39,946 nucleotides of DNA from Candidatus Micrarchaeia archaeon (GCA_038740245.1 JAVYLZ010000004.1:1-39946), one strand, 5' to 3'. Positions 1 through 8,387 are shown, numbered from the stretch's first letter. Program-made: numbers and translations. The notes: a model not told the origin generated them from the sequence alone.

Positions 1-40
1 GCATTCGTTGGGGAATGATTAGTGGAAGTGCGGTTTTAGA

Positions 41-54
41 AATATTTATAAATC
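41..54 (+). promoter_or_regulatory. candidate TATA-like element upstream of tfb
   Basis: AT-rich 'aatatttataaatc' about 60 nt upstream of the tfb ATG. A second AT-rich run (85-98) and a GAGGTG Shine-Dalgarno-like motif (101-106) lie closer. Sequence alone cannot say which box is used. Confidence 0.3.
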
Positions 55-111
55 TTTTCAAAGAGAGAATAGACCGCGCAATAGTTTTAAAAATATATGT
101 GAGGTGTCACG

Positions 112-1032
112 ATGGCTGTGAAGAATTGCCCGGAGTGTAATGGAACGAAAATTATCCAGGATTATGAGCGCGGCGAGCTTATCTGCGCTACCTGCGGCCT
201 TGTCATAAACGACAGCATGGTTGATGAGGGGCCGGAGTGGAGGGCATTTGACAGCGACCAGCGTGACAAGAGGGCGAGGACTGGCGCACCAATAAAGCTT
301 ATGAGGCCGAACAAGGGCCTTTCCACAGAAATAGACCAGTATAACCGCGACATACGCGGCGTCAAGATAAACACAAAAAAGCAGGCACAGCTCTACAGGA
401 TGAGGAAGTGGCACAAGAGAAGCAGCATCCAGAGCTCTGTTGAAAGGAACCTTGCAATTGCACTCACCGAGCTTGACAAAATTGCTTCTTACCTGGGCTT
501 GCACGAGTCCATACGCGAGGAAGCGGCACTTATGTACCGCCGGTGCATTGAGAAAGGCGTGCGCGGCAAGAACATTGAGGCGCTCGTTGCCGCCGTTATT
601 TATGCAGTTTGCAGGCAGAGGAACATGCCTAGGACACTCGCAGAGATTGCACAGGTCTCAGGTGTCAAGAGGAAGGACATCGGCAGGACATACAGGATAC
701 TTGTGCAGGAGCTTAAAGTAGGCGTGCCGCTTGCAAACCCCTTGCACTACGTGCCTAGGTTCGTCACTGCACTCAGCCTGAGCGGCCGTGTGCAGGAGAC
801 CGCAATGGACATCCTGAAGGATGCAATAGGCAAGAAGCTTATTTCAGGAAGGGGCCCAACCGGGCTCGCGGCAGCGGCGGTTTATGCCTCATGCCTCTAC
901 CACACTGAACACAGGACCCAGAAGGAGGTTGCAGAGGCGGCGGGCATTACCGAAGTGACCATCAGGAACAGGTTCAAGGAGCTTAAGGACACGCTCAACC
1001 TTGACCTGCCGGACATTGAGGGCCAGCTCTGA
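112..1032 (+). CDS. tfb: transcription initiation factor IIB (TFB)
   Basis: 306-aa ORF. N-terminal Zn ribbon CPEC..x..CATCG, then two cyclin-like repeats each ending in an HTH (RTLAEIAQVSGVKRKDIGRTYR / RTQKEVAEAAGITEVTIRNRFKEL), the canonical archaeal TFB layout. Confidence 0.95.
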   Translation: MAVKNCPECNGTKIIQDYERGELICATCGLVINDSMVDEGPEWRAFDSDQRDKRARTGAPIKLMRPNKGLSTEIDQYNRDIRGVKINTKKQAQLYRMRKWHKRSSIQSSVERNLAIALTELDKIASYLGLHESIREEAALMYRRCIEKGVRGKNIEALVAAVIYAVCRQRNMPRTLAEIAQVSGVKRKDIGRTYRILVQELKVGVPLANPLHYVPRFVTALSLSGRVQETAMDILKDAIGKKLISGRGPTGLAAAAVYASCLYHTEHRTQKEVAEAAGITEVTIRNRFKELKDTLNLDLPDIEGQL

Positions 1033-1034
1033 AA

Positions 1035-1754
1035 ATGAAAGTGCTTGACAGGATACGCAAGGAGTGCGATGTAATCATCCGCGTTGCGGATGCACGCAAT
1101 CCTGCAACTCTTTTTCCATTCCCCACACGCAGGCATACCTTAATAGTATTCAACAAAGTGGACCTGTGCGATGAGCGTGAAGTTAACGCACTCCGGAAAA
1201 AGTACAGGACGGCTATGTTCGTCTCCACAAGAAACAGGGAAGGCAAGGGAAAGCTGTTTTATGAGCTTGTGCGCATAGCCAAGCAGGAGGGCCGGCCTAT
1301 CCGCGTAGGAATCATCGGCTATCCTAATGTAGGGAAATCATCACTCATCAACCTCCTTAAGGGCAGGCGCACTGCAAAGGTTAGCGCCACGCCCGGCGAG
1401 ACAAAGGGCGTGCAGTGGATACGCCTGCGCCCGGACATACTGCTTTATGACACCCCTGGCGTTGTGCCCATCAAAAAGACACAGGAGGAGCTTGCAAAAT
1501 CTTTTGCAGTATCTGCAAGCAATGTTGAGGATGCCGAGGGCACTGCAGAGAAGATGATTATGGAGATGGTGCGCAAGAAGGGGCTTGAGAACGTGTGCGC
1601 CCATTACGGGATTGCATGCGAAAGGAACATGGCGCCTTCAAGAATGCTTGCGCTCATAGCCAGGCGGTATAACATGCTTGCGCCCGGCGGTGAGCTGGAT
1701 CTTGATAGGGCGGCCCGAAAGGTAATACGAGATTGGCAAAAGGGAAAGATATAG
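1035..1754 (+). CDS. circularly permuted GTPase (YlqF/RbgA/YawG-type, ribosome-biogenesis class)
   Basis: G4 NKVD (about aa 40) precedes G1 GYPNVGKSS (about aa 95) and G3 DTPG (about aa 139). This is the permuted motif order of the YlqF/MMR_HSR1 family. The ATG lies 2 nt after the tfb stop. Confidence 0.8.
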   Translation: MKVLDRIRKECDVIIRVADARNPATLFPFPTRRHTLIVFNKVDLCDEREVNALRKKYRTAMFVSTRNREGKGKLFYELVRIAKQEGRPIRVGIIGYPNVGKSSLINLLKGRRTAKVSATPGETKGVQWIRLRPDILLYDTPGVVPIKKTQEELAKSFAVSASNVEDAEGTAEKMIMEMVRKKGLENVCAHYGIACERNMAPSRMLALIARRYNMLAPGGELDLDRAARKVIRDWQKGKI

Positions 1755-1757
1755 GCA

Positions 1758-2597
1758 CTATTTCTTAGGTGTGCTGCCAAAGAAGTTGTTGATAGTTTCA
1801 AGAAGCGAAGTTGTTTTTTCAGCATTAAGAATTTCTTTAAGCGCTTCCTTTTTTACTGGGTTTAATGTGGTTTTATATTCCTCATTCAAAATAGCTTCCC
1901 CCTTCCTCGTATTTATTCGCATTACCGCCTTGGCTGCAATTACAGAGACGTGAAGCGAGTATAATGTTGATCCTACAACAAATTTGCGCGCAATTCTGAG
2001 TGCATCATCTTCATTTGTTATATGCTTCCTGAATATGAGGGCACCCCCAAAATAGCTGAGGGCGATCGGAGTTTTATCTGAAATAAGCGTAACATTTTGT
2101 GATATGCGCGAAGCCATCTCTTCTAGCTTTTTCTCACTGTATGCCAAAAGCTTTATAGTAACATCAAGGCTATCAACTTCATTCTGGGGTAGTGCATTAC
2201 TGTTTATGTCCTTCATATATCTCTCGCTTGAAGCAAAATTAAGTGCATAATCTAGCGCCTCCACTTTGTACTTTCCATAAGTAATGTCCAATACCATCCA
2301 CTTTTGAGCTGCGGGTAAATTGCTCTGCAATACTGCATCTATGAGCGGCCTGCACGCCTCAAAGCTGCGGCTATTTTTGACAAAATCAATCATAAACTTC
2401 TCTTTATCTGCCGTCTTAACAAACTCCTCATACCCAACAACTTTTTGCACCATAATATTACCTCTTTGATCATATTCCTGCGCGCACCCCCCAAATTGCG
2501 TGCACGCTATTAATGATACTGCCGCAAAAGCGACAATATGTCTCCTAAGGTTTTTCTTGCTCCCTTGAAGATTCTGATGCTTCATTTCGTATTTCAT
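1758..2597 (-). CDS. hypothetical predicted lipoprotein (orphan, low-GC island)
   Basis: Long ORF in ~37% GC DNA. After Met at 2597 or 2585 the N-terminus reads K/R-rich n-region, hydrophobic IVAFAAVSLIA, then Cys (L-I-A-C lipobox-like). I recognise no family. Start is ambiguous (2642/2597/2585) and every choice overlaps the upstream gene. Confidence 0.55.
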   Translation of the reverse strand: MKYEMKHQNLQGSKKNLRRHIVAFAAVSLIACTQFGGCAQEYDQRGNIMVQKVVGYEEFVKTADKEKFMIDFVKNSRSFEACRPLIDAVLQSNLPAAQKWMVLDITYGKYKVEALDYALNFASSERYMKDINSNALPQNEVDSLDVTIKLLAYSEKKLEEMASRISQNVTLISDKTPIALSYFGGALIFRKHITNEDDALRIARKFVVGSTLYSLHVSVIAAKAVMRINTRKGEAILNEEYKTTLNPVKKEALKEILNAEKTTSLLETINNFFGSTPKK

Positions 2598-3843
2598 AAC
2601 GTATCCCTTCGTTAAGAACACCTCCAGCCAATTTGCGCCCAAACTGAGCTACAGCAGAGCGGACAACGTAAGCTTTCCCAGACATACCGGATAAAGATTC
2701 TGCAAAATTCTTTGCAATAAGAGCCGTATTTTCAAATATCGGCATATTAATAAACCCTTTACTCAAGTCAAATTGGCGGCCCATAAATTCATAGCATTCT
2801 CTTGCAAGTTCCTTAAAATTGGGCGGCATGTTCTTTTTTATGAATTCAGCCACTTCTTTTAGAGTCTTTTTGCCTTTCTTAGCCAAGGAAAGCATATTCT
2901 CAGCGTTAAGCAGAAAACTCTTGCTTTCTTCTGGGAGTTTAGCACTAAGAAAAGGCATATACGCTGTTACCATAATAACAACTGCATCGCTGGCAGTGAT
3001 TTCTCCCTCTTTTATGCCTGTGCTAACAAGTGTGAACGTAGCATCAATGCTTTTTGGGATTGCCCTAAGTGCCACGCCTTCCCACGTTTGGTACCAGTAA
3101 CGCCCTCCTTCTTCTGCAACTCTAGCAGCATCTTTCATCTTTGCAATCCATCTTGTCTTGCTTATAGCGCCAATTGCGGCCGTGCCAGCCAAAAAAGCAG
3201 CTGTATCTATGAAAAAATCGCGTGCCGCCTTTGAAGCACCCTCAAAAATCTTGCGGTTTTTTTCAAGCTCCCCAAGCGCAAATTCAATATCGCCGACATC
3301 CTGTACTACCTTGCGGACATTCCTTTGGTATGAATCAACTGAAGAAAAAATGCCGTCTAAATCCCCCTTTGCAATTGCATCGGCCATCTTATCAAAATCC
3401 TTTGCGAGGCGATCCGCATTATTTTGGAATGAGATTAATGCGGCATTTGCATCGCTTAATGCCTTAAACTGCGCATCGGCTATCAGGTCTGCATCTGACT
3501 GGGATATCCTTTCAGTAAACGAAAAAATGAAAGTAAAAATCCGCTGGGTAACGTAATTTGCACCTGCCTTAAATGAAGTTGCCTCTTCCCTCATGCGCTC
3601 ATACGACTCTCTGGCCTCAGTTGATTTGATAACTAATTTGCGCAATTCCTGTATCTCCCCCAACAATTTGTTTGCCAAAATTAGTCTTTGGTTAAGAATC
3701 TCAAGCTCGTTTTTTGATAATTTGTCCTTTTGCTCTGCAAGCTGATTCTCAAGCTGCTGCTTTATCTTTACGGTTTTCTCCTCAATCTGGGTCAGCTTTT
3801 GGATTGTTGCACCTGCAGCGGCATGCTGCTCCTGTGCGGCCAT
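2545..3843 (-). CDS. hypothetical coiled-coil protein (orphan, low-GC island)
   Basis: 432-aa ORF. The first ~85 aa are heptad-like and charged (QIEEKTVKIKQQLENQLAEQKDKLSKNELEILNQRL...). Two hydrophobic stretches follow (FIDTAAFLAGTAAIGAI; AVVIMVTAYMPFLSA). No catalytic motif recognised. Confidence 0.6.
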   Translation of the reverse strand: MAAQEQHAAAGATIQKLTQIEEKTVKIKQQLENQLAEQKDKLSKNELEILNQRLILANKLLGEIQELRKLVIKSTEARESYERMREEATSFKAGANYVTQRIFTFIFSFTERISQSDADLIADAQFKALSDANAALISFQNNADRLAKDFDKMADAIAKGDLDGIFSSVDSYQRNVRKVVQDVGDIEFALGELEKNRKIFEGASKAARDFFIDTAAFLAGTAAIGAISKTRWIAKMKDAARVAEEGGRYWYQTWEGVALRAIPKSIDATFTLVSTGIKEGEITASDAVVIMVTAYMPFLSAKLPEESKSFLLNAENMLSLAKKGKKTLKEVAEFIKKNMPPNFKELARECYEFMGRQFDLSKGFINMPIFENTALIAKNFAESLSGMSGKAYVVRSAVAQFGRKLAGGVLNEGIRYEIRNEASESSREQEKP

Positions 3844-3858
3844 GTATCCTAATGCTCA

Positions 3859-4446
3859 ATGCAACAATATAAGCATTTTGAATATAGTTATGCCGTGTCT
3901 GCAACAAAATGCGCAAAGCTGATGGCGGAAGGCAAGTACAGCGAGCTCTATGACTATTGCATTTCGCAAAAAAAGCTAAGCCCAAATGAAACAATATACG
4001 ATTTCTATATGGCGGTTGCATTAATACATTTGCTGCGTATAGAGGAAGCGCGACAAACACTGCAGGAATTGTATTCAAAGGAGGGAAAGGCGATATACTT
4101 GGTGGTATCCGCGATTACGCACCTTATAGAAGGTGATGCGCGGAAAGGGTGTGCAGAAATCAACGAAGCAATAAAAAAGGACGATAATATTGAAGAGCTG
4201 ATGTTCATTTTTGAGCTTTGTATGGAGGAGACGCTGATTGCAAGCGGGCAGGCAGCAATTAAAAAGGCGCTTATGTCAGACCCCATTAAGTCGGCAGAAA
4301 TTCTGCGCACATACTTTGAAGGATTGGCCTCAAACCCAGATCTGACTGCAGATGACAGGCTTAACCTGCTGAATGCGCTTTCAGTATTTGACAGGCTTGC
4401 CCAAAGAATCGCAGGATATAATAAAGTTTCACAGCAAAAGGATTAG
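3859..4446 (+). CDS. hypothetical all-helical, TPR-like protein (orphan, low-GC island)
   Basis: 195-aa ORF with a helix-turn-helix-repeat-like pattern (YDFYMAVALIHLLRIEEARQTLQELY..., GDARKGCAEINEAIKKD...). The first ATG is only 15 nt from the divergent gene's ATG, so Met22 (3922) is an alternative start. Confidence 0.5.
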   Translation: MQQYKHFEYSYAVSATKCAKLMAEGKYSELYDYCISQKKLSPNETIYDFYMAVALIHLLRIEEARQTLQELYSKEGKAIYLVVSAITHLIEGDARKGCAEINEAIKKDDNIEELMFIFELCMEETLIASGQAAIKKALMSDPIKSAEILRTYFEGLASNPDLTADDRLNLLNALSVFDRLAQRIAGYNKVSQQKD

Positions 4447-4447
4447 C

Positions 4448-5812
4448 ATGAGGCAATCAACATTCGTGCTCATAAGCTTGCTGCTTTGCTCATTTGCAGC
4501 GGCGGCCTGGACCGAGACGTATGAGGTGCACGTAGTTGACAAGATGGGCCGGCCGATAAAGGGCGCTGCGGTCACTGCATTCTACCAGAAATCAACGTAT
4601 TACACATCACTGCCGGCTGCAGATGCCCTGGACGGCAAGTCAACGCTTTACACTGATGAAAGCGGCAAGGTTGTGCATACAATATACAATCAGGTTGATT
4701 CCGGGCAGGATGAGCTTGTTAACGTGGGCACAGACGACTCCTACTGGAAGGACAAGTATGAGCTGCGGTCGTATTACCTCCGTGCCAATTACAGCGGGGT
4801 TGTGCAAACTGTACGGATTGACTGCAACCGCGAGGGCCCAAAGTGCCACGATAATATCCCGTACCTTTACTCTTTTGTTATAGATGCATACCGCATATAT
4901 GTATACGCAAGGGACCAGAAGGGGGCGCCCGTTGAAGGCGCAGCTGTGAGCATTGCCGGCCAGAATTTAACTACGGACACGAACGGCATGGCATGGGCAA
5001 ATGCCATAAACGGGCGCACGTACGATGTAAGCGTTTCGTATGCTGGCATCATAAGGACGGGAACTGTGCGCGCTTCAGGTGCAGATGCCAACTTCACCCC
5101 TATGTTTTACAGGTATGATGTGCGCCTGCGGGTGATAGATGACAGGGGCAATCCTGTTGACAGCGATGTGCTGCTCAACGGCGTTGTCAGGCACACCGAC
5201 GAAAACGGCTATGTTGAATTCAATGACCTAAGCATTGATTCTGCAAGGGCAATGGTGAGGTATGCCGGCGGGTTCAGGGAGTATGACCTTAAGCTTAGCG
5301 ATGATGTGGATATGGATGTGGTTGTTGACGGGACTGCTCCTGTGATACAGGGTGTAAGCGAGAAGGCCGACCCCAAGCAGAACATAATCGTGATAAGTGC
5401 TGCGATAAGCGATCCGGGTACTTATGCAAGCGGTATGAACCCGAGCGAGCCGGCCCGCCTTAGGTATAATATTGAGGGGCAGGGGTGGTCCTCAGTAAAC
5501 ATGTATCCTACCGGTATCAGCACGTACCAGGCCACCATACCTTTGGAATACGGCAAAACCATAAACTATGAGATTGAGGCGTTTGATGCGCAGAATAATG
5601 CCGCCAGCTATACCAAGACAATAGGCTTCAAGAAGGGTGAAACGCCCGCCAATAACGAACCTGCGGGCCCAGCGTCCCAAAACGAAACCGCAGGGCCGTC
5701 GCAGCCGCTTGAGAGGACGCATAACATAGATATGATGGCGCTCATAGCGGGCATTGTAATCGCGGGCATAGTGCTGCTCATACTCTATAAGAAGTATACC
5801 GGCGAGATATAA
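4448..5812 (+). CDS. secreted, C-terminally anchored surface protein with repeated beta-sandwich (carboxypeptidase-regulatory-like) modules
   Basis: Start taken at Met26 of the tracked ORF. It gives signal peptide MRQSTFVLISLLLCSFAAAAW and lies 1 nt after the preceding stop. Three modules of the type 'Y.V.V.D..G.P..GA.V' followed by 'TD.NG'. Several N-x-S/T sequons, a P/N/E/T-rich linker and a terminal TM helix LIAGIVIAGIVLLILYKKY. Confidence 0.7.
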   Translation: MRQSTFVLISLLLCSFAAAAWTETYEVHVVDKMGRPIKGAAVTAFYQKSTYYTSLPAADALDGKSTLYTDESGKVVHTIYNQVDSGQDELVNVGTDDSYWKDKYELRSYYLRANYSGVVQTVRIDCNREGPKCHDNIPYLYSFVIDAYRIYVYARDQKGAPVEGAAVSIAGQNLTTDTNGMAWANAINGRTYDVSVSYAGIIRTGTVRASGADANFTPMFYRYDVRLRVIDDRGNPVDSDVLLNGVVRHTDENGYVEFNDLSIDSARAMVRYAGGFREYDLKLSDDVDMDVVVDGTAPVIQGVSEKADPKQNIIVISAAISDPGTYASGMNPSEPARLRYNIEGQGWSSVNMYPTGISTYQATIPLEYGKTINYEIEAFDAQNNAASYTKTIGFKKGETPANNEPAGPASQNETAGPSQPLERTHNIDMMALIAGIVIAGIVLLILYKKYTGEI

Positions 5813-5829
5813 GCCACGGTTTACACTTA

Positions 5830-5835
5830 TTTTTT
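5830..5835 (+). terminator. oligo-T tract downstream of the surface-protein gene
   Basis: TTTTTT 18 nt after the stop codon. A second T-rich run (gttttctc) follows. Archaeal terminators are typically oligo-T. Confidence 0.4.
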
Positions 5836-5945
5836 GCGTTTTCTCATTTGTTAATCGGTCCGGTAAGTCCTGGCTTGGGCACTCTCTTGACATTTTTTGT
5901 GTTCTTCCCGCCAGTCATTGAAAATGGATCGGCTCCTGAAAAGCC

Positions 5946-5953
5946 TTTAAAAT
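5946..5953 (+). promoter_or_regulatory. TATA box for tRNA-Asp
   Basis: 'tttaaaat' ends 24 nt upstream of the predicted tRNA 5' end (5978), the expected archaeal TATA-to-TSS spacing. Confidence 0.55.
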
Positions 5954-5977
5954 CTATTTTGCCTTAATAAGAGCGCT

Positions 5978-6049
5978 GCTTCGGTGGTGTAACGGTTAGC
6001 ATTCAGCCCTGTCACGGCTGCGACCCGGGTTCGAATCCCGGCCGAGGCG
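5978..6049 (+). tRNA. tRNA-Asp (anticodon GUC), no intron, CCA not encoded
   Basis: Hand-folded cloverleaf. Acceptor gcttcgg/ccgaggc (one G-U), D stem gtgt/gcat, anticodon stem cagcc/ggctg, loop ctGTCac, T arm ccggg-ttcgaat-cccgg, discriminator G. 72 nt. Confidence 0.9.
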
Positions 6050-6151
6050 TTTCACCTCTAATCTAATTATATAGCAGTGTGATTAGGTGAGTGCCTAGCC
6101 ATTTCACTGGCATATATATATGTCATCGTCTAATTCATAGCAGGTGGTTTG

Positions 6152-6922
6152 ATGAACAGGATATTAAGTGCGCTTATGATAGGGCTGTTTGTGATGAGCC
6201 TGCTCGTGTTTATGGGTGGCTGCACTACGGCTTCTGCGCCGGCACAGGAGAACGCTGCGGCCCAGCCGCTAAACAGCACAGAGATTTCGGTTTACGGAAG
6301 TGCAGAGGTTGAGCTTGACCCCGACCTTGCAGAGATTGAATTGGGCGCTGAAACGGAGGGCAAGACCGCAACCGAGGCCGCCGAAGCAAATGCCGCCATA
6401 ATGGAAAAGGTGCGTGCTGCACTGCGTGCGGCGGGTGTCCCCGATACAAACATAAAAACTTCATACTTTGGCGTCTCACCAAGGTACAAGTGGGATGACA
6501 ATAGCTATGAGCAGACAATTGTCGGCTATACGGCCACACACACGCTGCGCATAAGGAGCGAAGATGTGAAAAACTCAGGCAGGATTATAGATGCGGCAGT
6601 TTCTGCGGGCGCGAACCGCGTAAACTCAGTGCAGTTTACACTGAAAGACAGCACCATGAGCAGAGTGCGTGCAGACCTGCTAAAGCAGGCGGTAGGAAAT
6701 GCCGAATCAGATGCGAATGCGATTGCGGCGGCACTTGGCCATAAGATAATTGGAGTGAAAAGTGTTAGTTCCGGCTCAACATACATCCCCTATAGGAGCT
6801 ATACAATGTACGACAAGGCTGCGATGAGCGCTGAAACCGTCATTACGCCGGGCCAGATAAAGGTGTCTGCATCTGTAAGTGCGGTTTACCTTTCAGAGCC
6901 GGCGGGCGGGAAGGTTGCGTAA
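6152..6922 (+). CDS. SIMPL-domain (DUF541/BP26-like) predicted lipoprotein
   Basis: ATG at 6152, preceded by 'aggtgg'. Signal peptide MNRILSALMIGLFVMSLLVFMGGC with a lipobox-like Cys. The body matches the SIMPL pattern (ISVYGSAEVELDPDLAEIELG...GKTATEA...NA..M..V..AL..AGV....I.T). Confidence 0.75.
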   Translation: MNRILSALMIGLFVMSLLVFMGGCTTASAPAQENAAAQPLNSTEISVYGSAEVELDPDLAEIELGAETEGKTATEAAEANAAIMEKVRAALRAAGVPDTNIKTSYFGVSPRYKWDDNSYEQTIVGYTATHTLRIRSEDVKNSGRIIDAAVSAGANRVNSVQFTLKDSTMSRVRADLLKQAVGNAESDANAIAAALGHKIIGVKSVSSGSTYIPYRSYTMYDKAAMSAETVITPGQIKVSASVSAVYLSEPAGGKVA

Positions 6923-6963
6923 TCCGCATCCCTATTTTTAATTTTATTTGCAAAAGTGGTGGT

Positions 6964-7509
6964 ATGGCCGAGGTTAGGATTGACAGGGAGCTGCTTAGGG
7001 CGATAGGCGCGGATACACGGATAGAGATTCTCAAGTGCCTGGCCAGGGGCAGGCATACCCCCACAATGCTTGCCGATAAGCTGCGCCTTTCAACGCCAAC
7101 TGTGCTTGAGCACCTTGAAAAATTGATTGAAGCGGGCCTCGTCAAGAGAATTGATGAGGGCCGCAAATGGAAATACTATGCACTTACAGAGAAGGGGGAA
7201 TCACTGGTAAGTGCAAGGCCGGACGTACCTGTGCGTGCGTTCATAATGCTGGCCATAGGGACGCTTCTGCTGCTCGGGCCAGTGCTTATGCAGTCATATA
7301 TGCTTAAGGAAAGTGCGCTTCAGGACGATTCGGCAGCGCCTATGGTTATGGCAAGGTATGCGCCTGAGGGGGAGGGCGCCATGCAAAAATCCGGGGGGAC
7401 TGCTGGCGAAGGCGAGGAATTCAACTATGTGCCTTATGCACAGGCGGCGGGTGTGCTGCTGATACTTGCAGCTGCATACATTGTGCTTACTGCAAGAAAA
7501 GAGTGGTAG
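6964..7509 (+). CDS. ArsR-type winged-helix regulator with two C-terminal transmembrane helices
   Basis: N-terminal wHTH (TRIEILKCLARGRHTPTMLADKLRLSTPTVLEHLEKLIEAGLVKRI...KWKYYALTEKG). Then hydrophobic helices AFIMLAIGTLLLLGPVLM and AAGVLLILAAAYIVLTA separated by an acidic/Gly-rich linker. Confidence 0.75.
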   Translation: MAEVRIDRELLRAIGADTRIEILKCLARGRHTPTMLADKLRLSTPTVLEHLEKLIEAGLVKRIDEGRKWKYYALTEKGESLVSARPDVPVRAFIMLAIGTLLLLGPVLMQSYMLKESALQDDSAAPMVMARYAPEGEGAMQKSGGTAGEGEEFNYVPYAQAAGVLLILAAAYIVLTARKEW

Positions 7510-7782
7510 TTATTTCCTTATTTTTGAAAAAATCCTATCGGCGAGCGCTTCAGCTTCCTTTTTTTCGCCTACATTCTTTATGATTACCTTGCCGCGCCTG
7601 TATATTGCCACCTCAACGCCTTCCTTTTGGCCAATCGCCATCACATCGCTTTCAACCTTTATTGCAAACCCGATGGAACGCAGCAGTGAACACATTTTCT
7701 CTGGTGATAGTGAAAGCTCCTTTTCAGGGAGCACGTCAAATGTGTTGCTGCCCCTGCAAGGGGCCGTGATACGGTACTTCAT
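7510..7782 (-). CDS. small hypothetical protein (90 aa)
   Basis: Its ATG overlaps the upstream gene's stop by 4 nt (7779-7782), suggesting co-translation. I could not assign a family. The C-terminal 'RRGKVIIKNVGEKKEAEALADRI' only vaguely recalls small alpha/beta domains attached to archaeal E1-like enzymes. Confidence 0.45.
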   Translation of the reverse strand: MKYRITAPCRGSNTFDVLPEKELSLSPEKMCSLLRSIGFAIKVESDVMAIGQKEGVEVAIYRRGKVIIKNVGEKKEAEALADRIFSKIRK

Positions 7783-8387
7783 TTGTATCCCATGTTTATT
7801 TCTGCGGCTTTCACAAAGCGCTGCAGGAATGCTATAACGGAGAGACCTGCGGCAGCAATTATGATATACATTGAAACTTGCGGGCTAAATGCGTAGGCCA
7901 CAAGTGAAAGAAGTATTGCTGCACACCTCTCCGGCCGCTCAAATATGCATTTCATCTTCCTGAGGTCTTCCTTGCGCACGGCGCCCCTGTGGTCCGCATA
8001 CGCAAGTGCGAATGATGTCAGGAACACGCCGAATGAAATAAGCATTATTATTGCAAACTGCGCCATCTGCTGCCACGGCCATGCAAGCGTCATCATCGCC
8101 AGCAGTATGAAGAAGTCAACTATGCGGTCAGAAATCCCGTCAAAATACGCGCCAAATGCGCTTTCAAGCCTGCGCGCACGTGCAACCAGCCCGTCAATGC
8201 CGTCCATCAGGTATGCCAGCACTACAAATGCAGCTGCAAGCAGCACGCTGCCTTGGTAAATGAACGCTGTCGCTGCAAGCGCCAGCAGAAGCGAGAAAAG
8301 CGTAAGCACGTTGGGGTGGAAAGGAACTTTTTTCGCAAGTGGCACTGCCGCCTTGGAGATACCTGATAGCATTTCCTTTAGGCCCAT
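7779..8387 (-). CDS. CDP-alcohol phosphatidyltransferase (archaeal polar-lipid head-group transferase)
   Basis: Signature D-G-x2-A-R-x8-G-x3-D-x3-D is present as DGIDGLVARARRLESAFGAYFDGISDRIVD. Multi-pass membrane protein. Head-group specificity cannot be read from the sequence. Confidence 0.85.
   Translation of the reverse strand: MGLKEMLSGISKAAVPLAKKVPFHPNVLTLFSLLLALAATAFIYQGSVLLAAAFVVLAYLMDGIDGLVARARRLESAFGAYFDGISDRIVDFFILLAMMTLAWPWQQMAQFAIIMLISFGVFLTSFALAYADHRGAVRKEDLRKMKCIFERPERCAAILLSLVAYAFSPQVSMYIIIAAAGLSVIAFLQRFVKAAEINMGYK

Noticed and set aside
5492-5893. 133-aa minus-strand ORF spanning the 3' end of the surface-protein gene and its downstream spacer.
   Set aside because: It overlaps the well-supported C-terminal stalk and anchor coding region plus the terminator tract. 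It has no motif and no credible promoter.
1755-6049. Low-GC island as an integrated mobile element using the nearby tRNA-Asp as attachment site.
   Set aside because: I recognised no integrase, transposase or replication gene and saw no flanking direct repeats. The tRNA-Asp is 1.5 kb away, separated by a native-GC gene. Horizontal origin stays plausible, but a mobile-element call is unsupported.
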